Positions 34,279 through 47,125 of a stretch of DNA of 64,000 bases are shown here, one piece after another. The notes below the pieces were generated by a model. The model made no database searches, was not told the DNA's origin, and was given only the letters and a program-made list of their open reading frames with translations. Where the stretch lies: positions 30,504,001-30,568,000 of the forward strand of contig NC_083228.1 in assembly GCF_032191835.1 (NCBI RefSeq), given 5' to 3'. Numbering within the stretch: position 1 is the first letter of the stretch; the number at the start of each line of letters is the position of its first letter. Made by a program: the position numbers and the translations under genes. This DNA is from Heteronotia binoei. Lineage: Eukaryota.

Positions 34279-34883
34279 TGTCATGCTGACTTGCAGTTGC
34301 TAGGGAAATAAGGGATGAGATGGAGCCAGGCACACAGGTGCAAGTGAGATCAGGGGCCTGGGAGCCTCAAGGCCAGAGACCCAGAGGGAGTTTTGCACTC
34401 ACATTCCATCTCATTAGCACAAGAAACCTGGGCATGGGTGAGTTGCTTGATTGTGAGTACATGCCAGCTGTGGAGGTACGTGGTCATGTATCTTAGCAAC
34501 ACACCTAATTGGCTGAACAGGATCGGGCCAGCTGCAAGTAGTTTGGCAATAAAGAAAGACCGTTTGTTCTAGTTTGTTCCTTCAGGCTCTCTCTCCTTCT
34601 GGCCAATCTCTTGACTAAGTTGGGCCTTGTTAAGACAGAATATCTGCTTCTTGGATTTGGGACTTGTTCTTTTTGAACCGTGTACCTTCCATCTGACCTG
34701 GTAGCATCTGGGTCAGAGGACTAAAGCCTGAATAAGTATTCTAGAATAGTTATTTATTTTTATTCTTTCTTGCTTTGCACTGCTTTATATTTGTATGCTG
34801 TTGCACGTTTCTTTTAAATAAACCTTATCAATTATACTCCGTGTTGTTATTTGGGGCTTCAGTCTAAACCCAGAACCATGACC
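34279..34883 (+). mobile_element. Probable solo LTR (about 605 bp)
   Basis: TGTCATG...CATGAC ends; AATAAA at about 34548 and 34817; TSD not clean. Confidence 0.5.
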
Positions 34884-34907
34884 TATTTTGACTATGACTA
34901 CCAGGTA

Positions 34908-35118
34908 ATTGAACATATGAAGCTGCCGTCTACTGAATCAGTCCCTCAGTCCATCAAAGTCAGTATCGTCTTCTCAGACTGGCTTCGGCTCACCAGGGTC
35001 TCAAGCTGAGGCTTTTCACGCCTATTTACCTGGACTCTTTTTAATTGGAGATGCTGGGGATTGAACCTGGGACCTTCTGCTTACTAAGCAGATGCTCTAC
35101 CACTGAGCCACTGTTCCT
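34908..35118 (-). mobile_element. tRNA-derived SINE with CR1-like tail (Squam2-like)
   Basis: B-box ggttcaatcc on - strand; tail aacatatgaagctgcc...tactgaatcag; copies at 50341-50539 (-) and 60808-61012 (+). Confidence 0.7.
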
Positions 35119-36063
35119 CTCAACTAGGAACTCAACTTGTTTGTGGAACTCAACTTGCAAGTGTCTACCTTGCTGAGCTTACCGGTTGATAAACACCTGG
35201 TACAGCTGGAGACTTGGTCCCTCGGTCTCTCAGATGGGGGTTAGCATTAGAGGGGTTGGTGGTGCCTCATTACTCTGGGAACTGAGGATTCACTCCCCAG
35301 TCTTCTGCATTTTGCTCTTGACCTTTAGCCAAAGCTTTCTTGTAGGAAGCTCCTTTGACCTTTCTGTAACATTAGGGCTACCCAAATAGAGCAGATTATT
35401 AAAACCCTTTCATGGCAGAGCAAGTATTTGTGTATTTGTGTACAGGAGCATAAGGCTGGATTCTGAATTGTAAATGGTGCAAGAAGGGCTTTGGTGCCAT
35501 TTTTTCCTTGTCTGTGACTGCTGTTGGCTCAGTTATAGACTAGTCGCAAAATAAATCTATGTGAAGAGAACGTGCATTCTGGTGTAGAAGGTTGAGTATA
35601 TGGTTTAAGAGGAAGCCTGGAGGAAAATGGTTAGAAAAGTAGCTGGATTTGGTATCCTAACTATAAGGGCAAACATAGAGAGAACAGGAGTAGCGTATCT
35701 CATTGGAAGTCAGGGCTGGATGGAATGCAGAGAGAAAACTGAGATTCTGGCTCTTAATCTTAGAGTGTCTAGGCAAGCTGTTTCTGCCATGGCTTCCTAT
35801 TGATAATTGCACAGGAAGATGGATATGAAAAGTCCAGCCTGCATTCAGGGTTTTCGAACGGTTATTCATCACTCCCTAGGGCTTTTTTAAAATGCTGAAT
35901 TGTACACTTTATTGAAAAGCATTGAGCTTCTGACCAACTCCTCTTCCACTTTGATTATTTTTATTTATTGCAAATTTGTATGATCACAGGTGCACATTCA
36001 TTCTTCTGGGCAGCTTGTCATTTTTTGTCTAGCAGTTCATGTGGAACCTTGCTACTCTTAAAT

Positions 36064-37083
36064 TGTCATGAAAAGGCCTTCTGGCCTAGGCCTTTGTCAT
36101 GATCCCTAACCCTAAATCAGGCTCATAGCCTTGTAGGTGTGCACTTTTGACAGGCGGGGAGAGTCTCCTTTAAGAACTGGGCTGTGTAAACAAGAAGCTT
36201 TGGCTCCCTTCACCTGTTAGGTTACACTAATTAGGGTCAATGTGGAAGGTGGGAAAACACGTCTGGCTTAATTGGCTTTGACAGCTGAGGGCCTAGGTGA
36301 ACTGTCAAGATCTTCAAGATCTGCTTTGTCATCTTGATTAGTCCCTGTCTCTCATTGGTCAGTCCAGAATTTCAATGAAAGGCGGGATTGCTATAACTCT
36401 GCACCAGCCCATGGGCTAAGTGCAGAGGTGAGAGGAAGCCTTGCCGCTCTCTCTGGCCATTCTTTCCTTTGTAGGTTGCTGGAATATTGCTAGCCGGAAT
36501 GCCAAGATGGTACGTGTCCACATGGTAATGTCCTGCCTGTCTGAGAATGTCTAGTTAGTGTTTATATTATGTTTTTATTTTAATTTTGCACCGCCTTAAT
36601 GTTTATTTTATCCTTAGGACTGCTTTTTGTTAAAACAACAAAAAGCTTTACTTTGTTACTGGTGCTGGTCCTGTGTGTTGCCCATTAGAGCTCTCCAGGG
36701 ATCTGATGACCTTGACCTCAGCTATCTAATCTGTCCAACCAGTCTTCTGGGTGGGGGAAGCATCCTGTGTTGGCTTTAGGGCAGGGCTGCTGACTCTCTC
36801 TGCAAGTAGAACCAGGTGGGAGTTCTCCTTTTCTCCCTCTTGGGGTTTTTCTGTAAAAGGAGTGGTGGCAGACTACCAAGAGGGCTGGGTATTAAACCAG
36901 CCAATGTTTCCTGGAGTAGCTCCCTGGCTGAGCTAGCCAGTAGAGGCTGAGTATAGCGGGAACTGGGAAACAGTTAAGAAACCCCTTCCATGACCCCTCC
37001 CCAGTTTGTAGGTGTTAAATTCCAAGGGTGACCCTGAGAGTAAGAGCAAACTAAGGGGGGTGCCGGAGAGGTGGTTCATGACA
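36064..37083 (+). mobile_element. Solo LTR (1020 bp) in PPA1 intron 2
   Basis: 8-bp TIR TGTCATGA...TCATGACA; perfect 5-bp TSD taaat (36059-36063, 37084-37088). Confidence 0.85.
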
Positions 37084-39091
37084 TAAATACTGTCTCCAGA
37101 TTCTCCCTCTTCACCTTCTATAAATCTGTTTTAAATATATGGATGCAACTACGTGAACTGTGAGCCAACTTGAATGCAATGACAGAAAGGTGTTCTTTAA
37201 ATGGACATCTTCCTGGAATATGTAATTTTAAAAAGTGATTATTGCATTCAGTTCTGGAAGCAGTTATCAATATGTCGGAGCAGAAGTGAGAAACCCTAAC
37301 TTGCCTTGTGCATTTCTTTTACTGGAAAGATGTGGTTTGGTGGTGGCAGCAGCATATTCCTTGTGAAGTTTTAAGTTAGACCCTTAAGGCCTGGACTTTT
37401 TGAAGCATACCTCTGTAAATCCAGCAACTTCCTAATTAATCCTATTTAAACCCATTTTTGTTCATTTTGAAATCTAGTATTTGGTTATATTAAACATGTG
37501 TGTATGTTACAAGTACCTCTTCTGCTGGAAAGAGATAATTTCATACACGGGTTAGGTAAATAGCATTTCAAGGCCCAGCACAGAGATCGACCTTGGTAAC
37601 AAAGAATCAGGCGATAACAACCTCAGATGGTGTGTGGGTAAAGGGCAAGGGACAGAGTTGTTCTATAAAGCTGAGACAGTAGAGATCATGAGCAATAGGT
37701 GGTGCATATCAGGTATTTAGAATGCTTCATCACAGTTAGAATGACTATCCTCAAGCTAACTTTGAAAGAAATAAAATGGCCTTACAGGCATCATCTGGTA
37801 GCTGTGAGCAGTGGCAAAAGGATTAGCCAGAGCATGCCTGTCCTGGGAACAGGAGTTTACTGCTCTTGCCAGCCCCGGGGGCACGAATTTACTTCACTGG
37901 ATGCTAGATTTTGTGAGCTGTGGGAATGAAACCCAAGGGTCAATTTGGGGCAGTAGACCTGCCTCTGTGTCTAAGAAGAATCCTGCCTGTTTGGGGGAGA
38001 CATGCAGCTTGATTATCTCTTTGAGACGGGAGTCCAAAAGTTAACGGCCAAAAGCAAAAATTTATTGTTCTAGGGATGAAACGATGCACCACAATGCTAG
38101 ATTTCACTTTTCTTTCTTTTTATTGCAGGGATGGCTCTCCAGGTCAGCTTCCAGTGTTCTGCACAAGCTCAGTAGCAGCATTGTTAGGGAGTGCAGTTTA
38201 GGGGAAAAGGTTGCAGTATTAACTATTATCTTTGATGGCTCTTACACCCTAATCCTGTTATTTTTAAGATCTTGAGAAGATTATAAAAGTACCTTAGAGT
38301 TTGTTAAATTTATCAGTATTTTGCTCTTTTTCTTCATGTTCTTTAAGTCTTTGTTGTTTTACTGAAACTTTCCATATTTTAGAATTTAGCAATTGCCTGG
38401 AACACACAGTAAAGCTAATCTGCTTCTTGTATGTAGGAACTCTTTTAACTTGCATATTCTAATCTGGAAGTTCCCTTTGCCTCCCTAAAATAGCCTGAGT
38501 TAAGACTATTGCATTGTGCATTCTTGGCTTTCCTTCCCTGCAAAATTCACTGCATCCGTATGCTGATAAAAAGCTCATCATGTAGATTAAACATAATTAC
38601 CTATAATTAAACGTAAGATGTGTGTATAACAGATAAGCCAAACTCCTTGAGACCTAACATTTTACCAACCAACTGGGGAATGCAATTTGCGGTTTATGTT
38701 GCTCCAGGAACTAAAGGTGCCCAAGGGGGTTTAGAATCTCATTTTGACTCATGCCTGTATAATCTTATGGATGCCGTCTTAATCTTTTTTCCCTGCTGAA
38801 GGGAGAAAGAGTTTCTTCCTCTCCCCGCCCCCCAAAGTTATGCTATTTATCATGCTAAAGCTACTTCACACCTAATTTTCCTGTTCTCTGGATCCATGTT
38901 GCTGACATATGTGTCTGAGTCTCTGATAGACTATCTGGATCTTGGTTGGGGTGGAACTGAAGGGCTGCACTATGTTATTGAGTCTCTTTGTGTAGCTCAG
39001 AAGTTCTATCTGAGGCCTAGCTTTAAAAAAACTCCTTACATTTCTGAAATCATGACAGCAAAAGTAGAGCCAGTGTAGTATAATGGTTAAA

Positions 39092-39378
39092 CAGCCAGTT
39101 TGGTGTAGTGGTTAAGTGTGCGGACTCTAATCTGGGAGAACCGGGTTTGATTCCCCACTCCTCTACTTACAGCTGCTGGAATGGCCTTGGGTTAGCCATA
39201 GCTCTCTCTGAGTTGTCCTTGAAAAGGCAGCTTCTGGGAAAGCTCTCTCAGCCCCACCCACCTCACAGGGTGTCTGTTGTGTGTGGGGGGGGGGGGGGGA
39301 GGGAGAAGGTAAAGGAAATTGTAAACCACTCTGAGATTCAGAGTGTAGGGTGGGGTATGAATCCAATATCCAGTATCT
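39092..39378 (+). mobile_element. Squam3-like tRNA SINE
   Basis: Full-length copy of the 5399-5676 family. Confidence 0.8.
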
Positions 39379-40192
39379 GAAGCAGTGACACTCAGCTATA
39401 TCTTATATTATTGTGTGTGTGCTTGGATGGCACACAGGACTTACCATAGTCATGCATCTCTCTTGGATGATAGTAATTGCAAATCTGGCTCTTTGTGAGC
39501 TATGGAACGAGTACACTGTGTTAGATGGTTAGTAATTAATTGGGTGGTCTTGGGGCAGTCACACAATATTAACCTAACCTACCTCATCAGGGTTGTTGTG
39601 AGGATAAAGCAGAAGAGAACCATGTAACCCACTGTGAGTCCCCTTGAGGAGGAAGGCAGAGTATAAATGAAATAAATAAGTTCTGAATTGCCCTTCACTG
39701 TGCTGTATGCATAATCTCAATTACTGTTACCTCTGTTAGGACTAGTTACTCTGTCACCTTTTTGTGCATGAGTTCTTAGGGGGCTTTCGGGAGTAGCCAA
39801 ACTGTGGCTCTTGGCCAGCTTAAGAAGGCAAATAGCAAGGTAGCCCATAGTCTGCATTTATACAGTGGGGGGTGGGGGGACAGTAGAAGCACACTCCTAT
39901 TCACTGTCTCTGCTTCTGTCAACAGGATAAACTGGAATTGGAAGGAACTTAAAGGAACTCATCCACCTACACCCCCAATGCTCAAATAATCACAATTTTT
40001 TTAAAGAAATCCATCTTTTATTCTTAAAAGAATTACATGTACTAACTGCTTTCCTATGCCCAGTTAATTACCAAACTATCAGTTCTGCTATGCAAAATGA
40101 AAATTATTATTTTTTTAGGATCATTGTGTAATTATGAGTACAAGTCTAGCTTATAGTGATGGTGTATTTCTTCCTGGCGTGTCCTTTTTCAG

Positions 40193-40246
40193 AATTTATT
40201 CAACATGGTTGTGGAAGTACCTCGATGGACTAATGCTAAGATGGAG
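40193..40246 (+). CDS. PPA1: PPA1 coding exon 3
   Basis: tttcag|AATTTA...ATGGAG|gtaatt; [18 protein letters not shown]. Confidence 0.96.
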
Positions 40247-40415
40247 GTAATTTCTTGATGAAACTACTTTGTGCCTTGGCTTTCTCTTATTCTTCAGCTT
40301 GATGGAGAATTGAGTTCTGCTGTTCAAAGCTGCTTCTGCACAGGGGTATATTTTCACACCCCTGACAGGGCAAGAACAGCAAACCATGCAGGAATGGGGT
40401 GACAGCACCCACTCT

Positions 40416-40674
40416 AGATTGGTGTAGTGGTTAAGTGTACGGACTCTTATCTGGGGGAACCGGGTTTGGTTCCCCACTCTTCCACTTGCACCTGCTGGAA
40501 TGGCCTTGGGTCAGCCATAGCTGTGGCAGAGCTTGTCCTTGAAAGGGCAACTTCTGGGAGAGCTCTCTTAGCCCCACCCACCTCATAGAGTGTCTGTTGC
40601 GGGGGAGAAAGATAAAGGAGATTGTGAGCTGCTCTGAGATTCGGAGTGGAGGGTGGGATATAAATATCTTCTTC
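40416..40674 (+). mobile_element. Squam3-like tRNA SINE
   Basis: Near full-length copy of the same family. Confidence 0.8.
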
Positions 40675-41658
40675 CCTGATCCTGATGCTCTTCTCCCACT
40701 GTGCTTATATAAAGTGCAGGTGAGTTGGCAGTTGTGCATCGACCCTCCACTGGACCCTTGGGATCTCCCTACCCACTGTGGTATTACAATGTGGCTCAGC
40801 CAGTAAGGGGAAGCTGTTTAAAGGCTGGGGGAGAGAAAGCTGCCTTACAGCATTCTGAAAGTGGAGCTTAGCTCTGACTCGCCCTTCTTGCAGGGGCAAT
40901 GGAGGGAGTGTCCATATAGAACATGCCCCCGTGGCCACTCTGAAGACTCCCTTTTAAACAAGGGGGGAATTTTTCCCTCTGGATTGCAAGGGGAATCCCT
41001 GGGAGCACCAGAAATCATGCTTGGGAATAATCACAGAAGTCCTCTGGACATTTCCCTTTAATCCAGAGTTTCTGTGCTTTCCATGTAGGGAAAAACCTCT
41101 GTGGAAATAGCCAAAATCTGTTTGTTGGCTAAAGTAGTATTCATTCTAGATCAAGATATCAGATTTTAAGTCTTACTCTGCCATGAGAAAGAGGGGTTAT
41201 GGACTAGCCGGTCTTTCTTTCAGTCTGTCCTAGTAGACAAGGGAAAGCCATGTATGCTGCCCTGGGCTCTTTAGAGAAAAGGCAGAATACAAATATTCTA
41301 GACAAGTTGAAGTTCTGAAGCCAGCAGTTTTTCTAGGGCTGTAAACCTATGAACATGGGAATAAATCCAGTACACAATGGGATTTTCTTCAGTGTAAGCA
41401 TGCATTGGTTTGCACTACCGGTTTGTTAATAATGGGAAAACAATATTGATAGAGTACTAAAGTAATTAAGTACAAAATATGGAGGGTGCTTTAGGAAACA
41501 AATTCAGTGGCTGAATTTTCATAGCTTTTATTGTAATGTGGAATGTGGAAAGGATTGACTACATACCTGTATAAAAAGCCTCATCCTTGGACTGATAAAA
41601 TGGATTTACTTGTAGATTCTTCCATGAGTACTACACTAAGTGAATTATTCCGTTTCAG

Positions 41659-41778
41659 ATTGCGACCAAAGATCCTTTAAACCCAATTAAGCAAGATGTG
41701 AAGAAAGGAAAGCTACGTTACGTTGCTAATGTATTTCCTCACAAGGGATATATCTGGAATTATGGTGCTATTCCACAG
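41659..41778 (+). CDS. PPA1: PPA1 coding exon 4
   Basis: tttcag|ATTGCG...CCACAG|gtatct; [40 protein letters not shown]. Confidence 0.97.
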
Positions 41779-42268
41779 GTATCTTAATATACTGTTCTTA
41801 TTCTCTTTTTAGTTGTTGAGCATTAACTATTGAATATTGTGCTGCCTCTAGGAAGTGTTATGTTTCAGTGCATCACGTTAGCAAAACCAAGTTTTGTCTC
41901 TCTTTTAACGCTAATGAGGGGAAATTTGCTTTCACTGCACAGCTGAGTAGTTGGCATGCTCTCAGGAGAAAGGGGAAAGTGCCCTGTGTGTTGTAAACAA
42001 GCATGAAATTTGTTCTTCAAGGGACACGGTGGCTGCAGAGTAACCCACTCTCTAGAGAGGCTTCTGAACTCTGTTGAGCACCTGAAGAGCCTGTGCTGGT
42101 AGAAGGAAAAGCTGAATGTTGACCTTACTTTCCTATGAGCAAGTCTGTGTTTGTTACACATGTGCAAATGTCACATACAGAAAAACCAAGTGTTTTGTTT
42201 ATTTGAAGACATGGTATGACTAGTCTAAAATAAGTATTGCCTAGGTCCTTCTGTTCCTTTGTTTATAG

Positions 42269-42405
42269 CAGGGGTGGCCAACGGTAGCTCTCCAGATGTT
42301 TTTTTGCCTACAACTCTCATCAGCCCCAGCCATTGGCCATGCTGGCTGGGGCTTATGGGAGTTGTAGGCAAAAAACATCTTGAGAGCTACCCTTGGCCAC
42401 CCCTG
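42269..42405. mobile_element. Palindromic hAT MITE (137 bp)
   Basis: caggggtggccaa...ttggccacccctg; almost entirely self-complementary; perfect TSD gtttatag. Confidence 0.9.
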
Positions 42406-42631
42406 GTTTATAGCAAGAGAAATTGTCGCTTCCAGCTATTCTGAATAGCTGTTAATTTACAGCAGCCAATTTTCAAGGCTGCCTTAGAAGGCTTCAAAGG
42501 GAAAATATCAGTGTAATTTCTTTCTTCTTTAATAATGTAAAATTGTAATTATTTAAGGTGCTCAATGTCAGTTATAAGGCGGGGACGTATCTGTGTATTT
42601 AAGACTTTGATCTGCCTTTCTCCTCCCTTAG

Positions 42632-42718
42632 ACATGGGAAGATCCTGGACATAAAGATGAAAATACTGGCTGCTGTGGAGATAATGATCCAATTGATGTT
42701 TGTGAAATTGGAAGCAAG
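42632..42718 (+). CDS. PPA1: PPA1 coding exon 5
   Basis: ccttag|ACATGG...AGCAAG|gtaaca; [29 protein letters not shown] (metal-binding DNDPID). Confidence 0.97.
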
Positions 42719-42843
42719 GTAACAGAGTTCTTAAACTGCAGGTGCTGGTTGTGGGAAAGATAATCTATGATCCTCAGCATCAGTGAAACTTCCATTTCAC
42801 TGAATGTTTCATTGAGTTTGGCTCCTCAAATAGTTGTTGCTGT

Positions 42844-43306
42844 CAGGGATGGGTACAGAGCGGGAAAGCCCAGTTTAGTATCGGGCAGCCCCAAATTGAA
42901 CCATTGAACCTGCCTGAACAGAACCAGTTCAGAGTCCCTCAGTGACATGTACACATCACCTCCGGGGTGGGGGTGGCAGGGCTTTTTTTGTAGCAGGAAC
43001 TCCTTTGCATATTAGGCCACATCCCCTGATGTAGCCAATCCTCCAAGAGTTTACAGGGCTCTTAATACAGGGCCTCCTGTAAACTCCAGGAGGATTGGCT
43101 ACACTAGGGGTGTATGGCCTAATATGCAAAGGAGTTCTTGTTACAAAAAAAACTTCTGGGTGTCAGGCACTGCCTCTGACACACCCACATAACATGGAAG
43201 TGACGTGAGCAGTGCCTGACGCTGCCCAGAAGTGGCATGCCTATGTAGGGGGGGCTGAACGCCCACACCAACCAGAAGCTTATGTTTGGGTCTGTGCCCA
43301 TCCCTA
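42844..43306. mobile_element. hAT element (AGGGATGGG TIR) containing a nested CAGGGCTTTT palindromic MITE (42977-43158)
   Basis: cagggatgggtacaga...tctgtgcccatcccta; TSD gttgctgt/gttgctat. Confidence 0.75.
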
Positions 43307-44796
43307 GTTGCTATAAACTTGCTTTTAGGGTATTATAATGAAATGTGATGGTAAAATCATAGCTGGTTCAGATGGAGACTCCTGATTGGCTGGGATCCTC
43401 CTAATCTCTTTTACTTCCATGTCATGTGTTTGGATTGCCTCCCTTTCTCAGCAAGCTGCATTTTCTCTTTATCTGTGAACCAGACAAACTGTAGCTTTGC
43501 ACAAACTGAGAGGTCTTCCTGAAGGAACAGAACATGTGCGAAAGTGGGGGTGGAGGTGATGTGATACTAGTATTCTGAAACAAATAACCAAAAACTATGA
43601 TTTAAACATTACATCTGAGCTCATGAGAGCATATTAGTGGGTGATAACTTGGTCTGTGTAGGAAGCCAGACTGGAATCTATGAAGAGTTGGAGAGCTTTT
43701 CTTCAGCTGCTCAAGTGGGAATTCTTCACATTGGTTTTATTGTTGCTGTGAATGCAGAGGCATTTGCATTGGTGACAGAGCTTCTGCTTGGGGAGGTTTT
43801 TGTTTAACTTCCCTCTATGTTTGCTCCATGCATGTTCTGCATTGGCTCTTTGGTGCATGGTCATTGCGGCTGCCGTGGGGACTCACTTCTATTTTTTATT
43901 CAAACATGCACTACAGCACTATGTCATCTTGCAAATAATATCCCTGCAGTCTTCTTGAACATTGTCCTCCCCACTCTTTTCCAGACAATGGGAAGCAATG
44001 CTACCTGCACCTTTTCCTTTATATCACTGCAAAGAAAGGCTGCAGACATTCACGTTTACAAAAAGGAAACTGAGTTTAGAAGAACTAATATTTGAAATGG
44101 AAATAGATAGGTGGCAAATAGGCTTCTATAATGTAATAGCAATTACAGTTGTTTTTTAAAACCCACAAACACTACAGCAGAGGTAGTGGCACCCACCAAC
44201 ACCTTTCCTAGTGCAGTGTTTGTTTTATGTTCTCTCTCATTCCTCTTTTCCACTATATTTTTCAAAATTACTCCTCTTGTCCCCTGTGCTTGGGCTCCTT
44301 CTGTGTATTAGTTTATAATTGTCATAGGCCAGCAAACAATTTATAAAAGTCCAGTTCATAACCAATAAAAGACAGTATAATATAGTATATAATACCATCT
44401 AAAATATACATAAAATGCTAATACAAAATTTAAAACTCAGAAAACCTAAAATTAGTATTAAAACCAAGGATAAACTGAAAACCCTATCTGGACCTCTTTG
44501 TTTTTCCCCTAATTTAATAAGCCATCCAGCCAAATTTTGATTATTGCCTGCAAACATAATTGACATGTATCATTCTGTTGCGACCAGGATAGACATTGAC
44601 AATTGGCATGACCAGTACTTCTGTGTATGTGCGACTCCACTTCCCATGATAGCCATTCTGTGATGGCACCCACCACTCTCTATCAGTATTCCAAAGATGC
44701 CATAAAGACTCAAAGTCTGGGGACACTTGCTCTGGCAGAACTAATAACATCGTTGCATAGACAATGAGCTGTATGCCTTTCAGCTTTAGCTGATTA

Positions 44797-44925
44797 CAGG
44801 GGTGGCCAACAGTAGCTCTCCAGATGTTTTTTGCCTACAACTCCCATCAGCCCCAGCCAGCATGGCTGGAGCTGATGGGAGTTGTAGGCAAAAAGCATCT
44901 GGAGAGCTACCACTGGCCACCCCTG
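44797..44925. mobile_element. Palindromic hAT MITE, sister of 42269-42405
   Basis: Same TIR and body; TSD gctgatta/gcttatta. Confidence 0.88.
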
Positions 44926-44975
44926 GCTTATTAGACTTAGGAACTTGACGTTTTGAGTAAGTGTTCCTCCTCTAG

Positions 44976-45102
44976 GTGTGCAGCAGAGGAGAAGTAATTC
45001 AAGTGAAAATTCTTGGTACACTGGCACTGATCGATGAAGGTGAGACAGACTGGAAGGTCATTGCAATCAATGTTGAAGACCCTGAAGCTGCCAGTTACGA
45101 GA
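44976..45102 (+). CDS. PPA1: PPA1 coding exon 6
   Basis: ctctag|GTGTGC...TACGAGA|gtgagt; [42 protein letters not shown]. Confidence 0.97.
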
Positions 45103-45647
45103 GTGAGTATCACAGAAACAAGGAAAGGGATATCTACATCTTTGGGTTTTGCTTTTTCCTCATTATTGAAAAAACCCTTTAAATCCTCACTGTGGCAGGT
45201 TGAGGACTTTGTGCAGAGCAAGGCTGACGTCATATTTGTTTAATGAGAACAGCATATTCCCAGAACGTGTAGACTGTGCGGCAGGCTGTTGCCGTTGCCA
45301 GAGCTCTAACCTTATTGGAAGGGGATAACTGAAATCTCGCTGCTCTTGAATTGAATATAGTTTTTCTTGCATAGACTGAAGAAGACATAATAAAAGTCTG
45401 TAGAATCCCCATCATTAAAATATTAGATTTAGAGTACTTGAACCAAGTGTTGTTGTAATTGAATTATAGGAGCCCAGAGCCCATTATTGCCCTGAGACTC
45501 TTCTAAACCGAGGGCAATCAGAAAGAAGGGGTTTTCGGTATTGTCAGAGCTATAGAAATCTCTGTACCGAATCCCCATCCCCAATCATACACATTGGCAG
45601 GACTTCCAAGTTACTGTTTGCTCACACAGCACCACCTTTGTAAGAAG

Positions 45648-45830
45648 CAGAACTTTTTTTTGTAGCAGGAGCTGCTTTGCATATCAGGCCACACACTCCT
45701 GATGTAGCCAATCCTCCTGGAGCTTACAGTAGGCCCTGTACTAAGAGCCCTGTAAGCTCTTGGAAGATTGGCTACATCAGGGGTGTGTGGCCTAATGTGC
45801 AAAGGAGCTCCTGCTACAAAAAAAGCCATG
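45648..45830. mobile_element. Palindromic hAT MITE (CAGGGCTTTT family)
   Basis: Perfect TSD gtaagaag; close to 42977-43158. Confidence 0.85.
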
Positions 45831-46269
45831 GTAAGAAGCAGCCTATTTTAAAATTAGCCTTTGCTGGATGCACTTGCTTCTTGGATTTCAGCACATAATG
45901 AAATGTTTCTATGGATAGTGTGTAGTTAGTTGCTTTAAATTCGAATCAATACTATATGGGCTAATTTACGGTGATTGAGCGGGACTGTCAAACTCAGCAT
46001 CTGCTAGGAAATCCAAATAACACTGCCACTTTAGATTTGTAGCTTTTGGGGCATCATAATTATTTTTTAAATACTTGTGCTTCAGAAGTTCCACAAAATT
46101 GTTAGTCCCCTTAAACACCTCCAAGTTGCTGTACGAATGGTCACTATGAACTTCAAAAAGGCAGGGTGTAAATCTGTATTTAAAAAGAAGCTATTAGGAA
46201 TCATACATTTTTGGTGGGGAATGTATTCGAATGTGAGTCACATACCCTTTAGTTTACAGTCATTGATAT

Positions 46270-46465
46270 TAGAACAAAGTTGGAGGCCAGTAGCACCTTT
46301 AAGACCAACAAAGTTTTATTCAGAATGTAAGCTTTTGTGCGCATGCATACTTTGTCAATGTGCGCGCACACGAAAGCTTACATTTTGAATAAAACTTTGC
46401 TGGTCTTAAAGGTGCTACTGGACTTCGTTCTATTGCTTCAAACCAACATGGCTGCCCACTTGGGT
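46270..46465. mobile_element. Penelope-like remnant with about 65-bp inverted arms
   Basis: ccagtagcacctttaagaccaacaaagttttattcagaatgtaagctt ... aagcttacattttgaataaaactttgctggtcttaaaggtgctactgg. Confidence 0.7.
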
Positions 46466-46521
46466 CACTGTTATTGTTAGTAGAGTGCTTAATGTCACAT
46501 AACTCTCCCCTCCCCGGTCAG

Positions 46522-46649
46522 ATATTGATGATGTCAGGAGGCTTAAACCTGGATACTTGGAAGCTACAGTGGACTGGTTTAGAAGATACAAGGTGCCTGA
46601 TGGGAAGCCAGAGAACAAATTTGCATTCAGTGGAGAATATAAAGACAAG
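46522..46649 (+). CDS. PPA1: PPA1 coding exon 7
   Basis: ggtcag|ATATTG...GACAAG|gtatgt; (N)[42 protein letters not shown]. Confidence 0.96.
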
Positions 46650-47039
46650 GTATGTGTTTGTTTGCATGAGGTTAAGCCTCTGCTGTTCTGCATTAGTAAA
46701 AAATGAATAAGGAATCACAAGCATAAAATATGCATTTATACATACAGTCCCTGAAATAGTGTGTGTCTCTGTGTGGGATGCAGCTCTTTCTGTACAAGCT
46801 CAGAATCCTGTATGAGGGTCTTGTATGACAATAAGGATGAAGCACATATGTACAGAAAACAAGGATGAAGGCTGGGAAACTTGGGGATAAACTGGAATGG
46901 GACAGTATAAAATCCTCTGTTTGCCCAAATGTATCTTAAGGTTTTCTTATGTCAGAAGAAATTCTTAACCCAAGGCGTTGCTGCATCATAACTGTTTACA
47001 GGGGGCACTGAACTTTATTTTCCTTTTCTAAAATTGTAG

Positions 47040-47125
47040 GACTTTGCAATAGACATCATCAAAAGCACTCATGAATGCTGGAAAGCTCTAATATATAAAA
47101 AGAAAGATGCGGGAGAAATGAACTG
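47040..47125 (+). CDS. PPA1: PPA1 coding exon 8
   Basis: ttgtag|GACTTT...AACTG|gtaagt; DFAIDIIKSTHECWKALIYKKKDAGEMN(C). Confidence 0.95.

Noticed and set aside
44330-44760. Possible LINE remnant on the - strand
   Set aside because: No diagnostic motif could be recognised with confidence
9733-46465. Recurrent palindromic repeats as a CRISPR-like array
   Set aside because: Dispersed, variable-length eukaryotic TE remnants with no repeat-spacer periodicity and no cas genes
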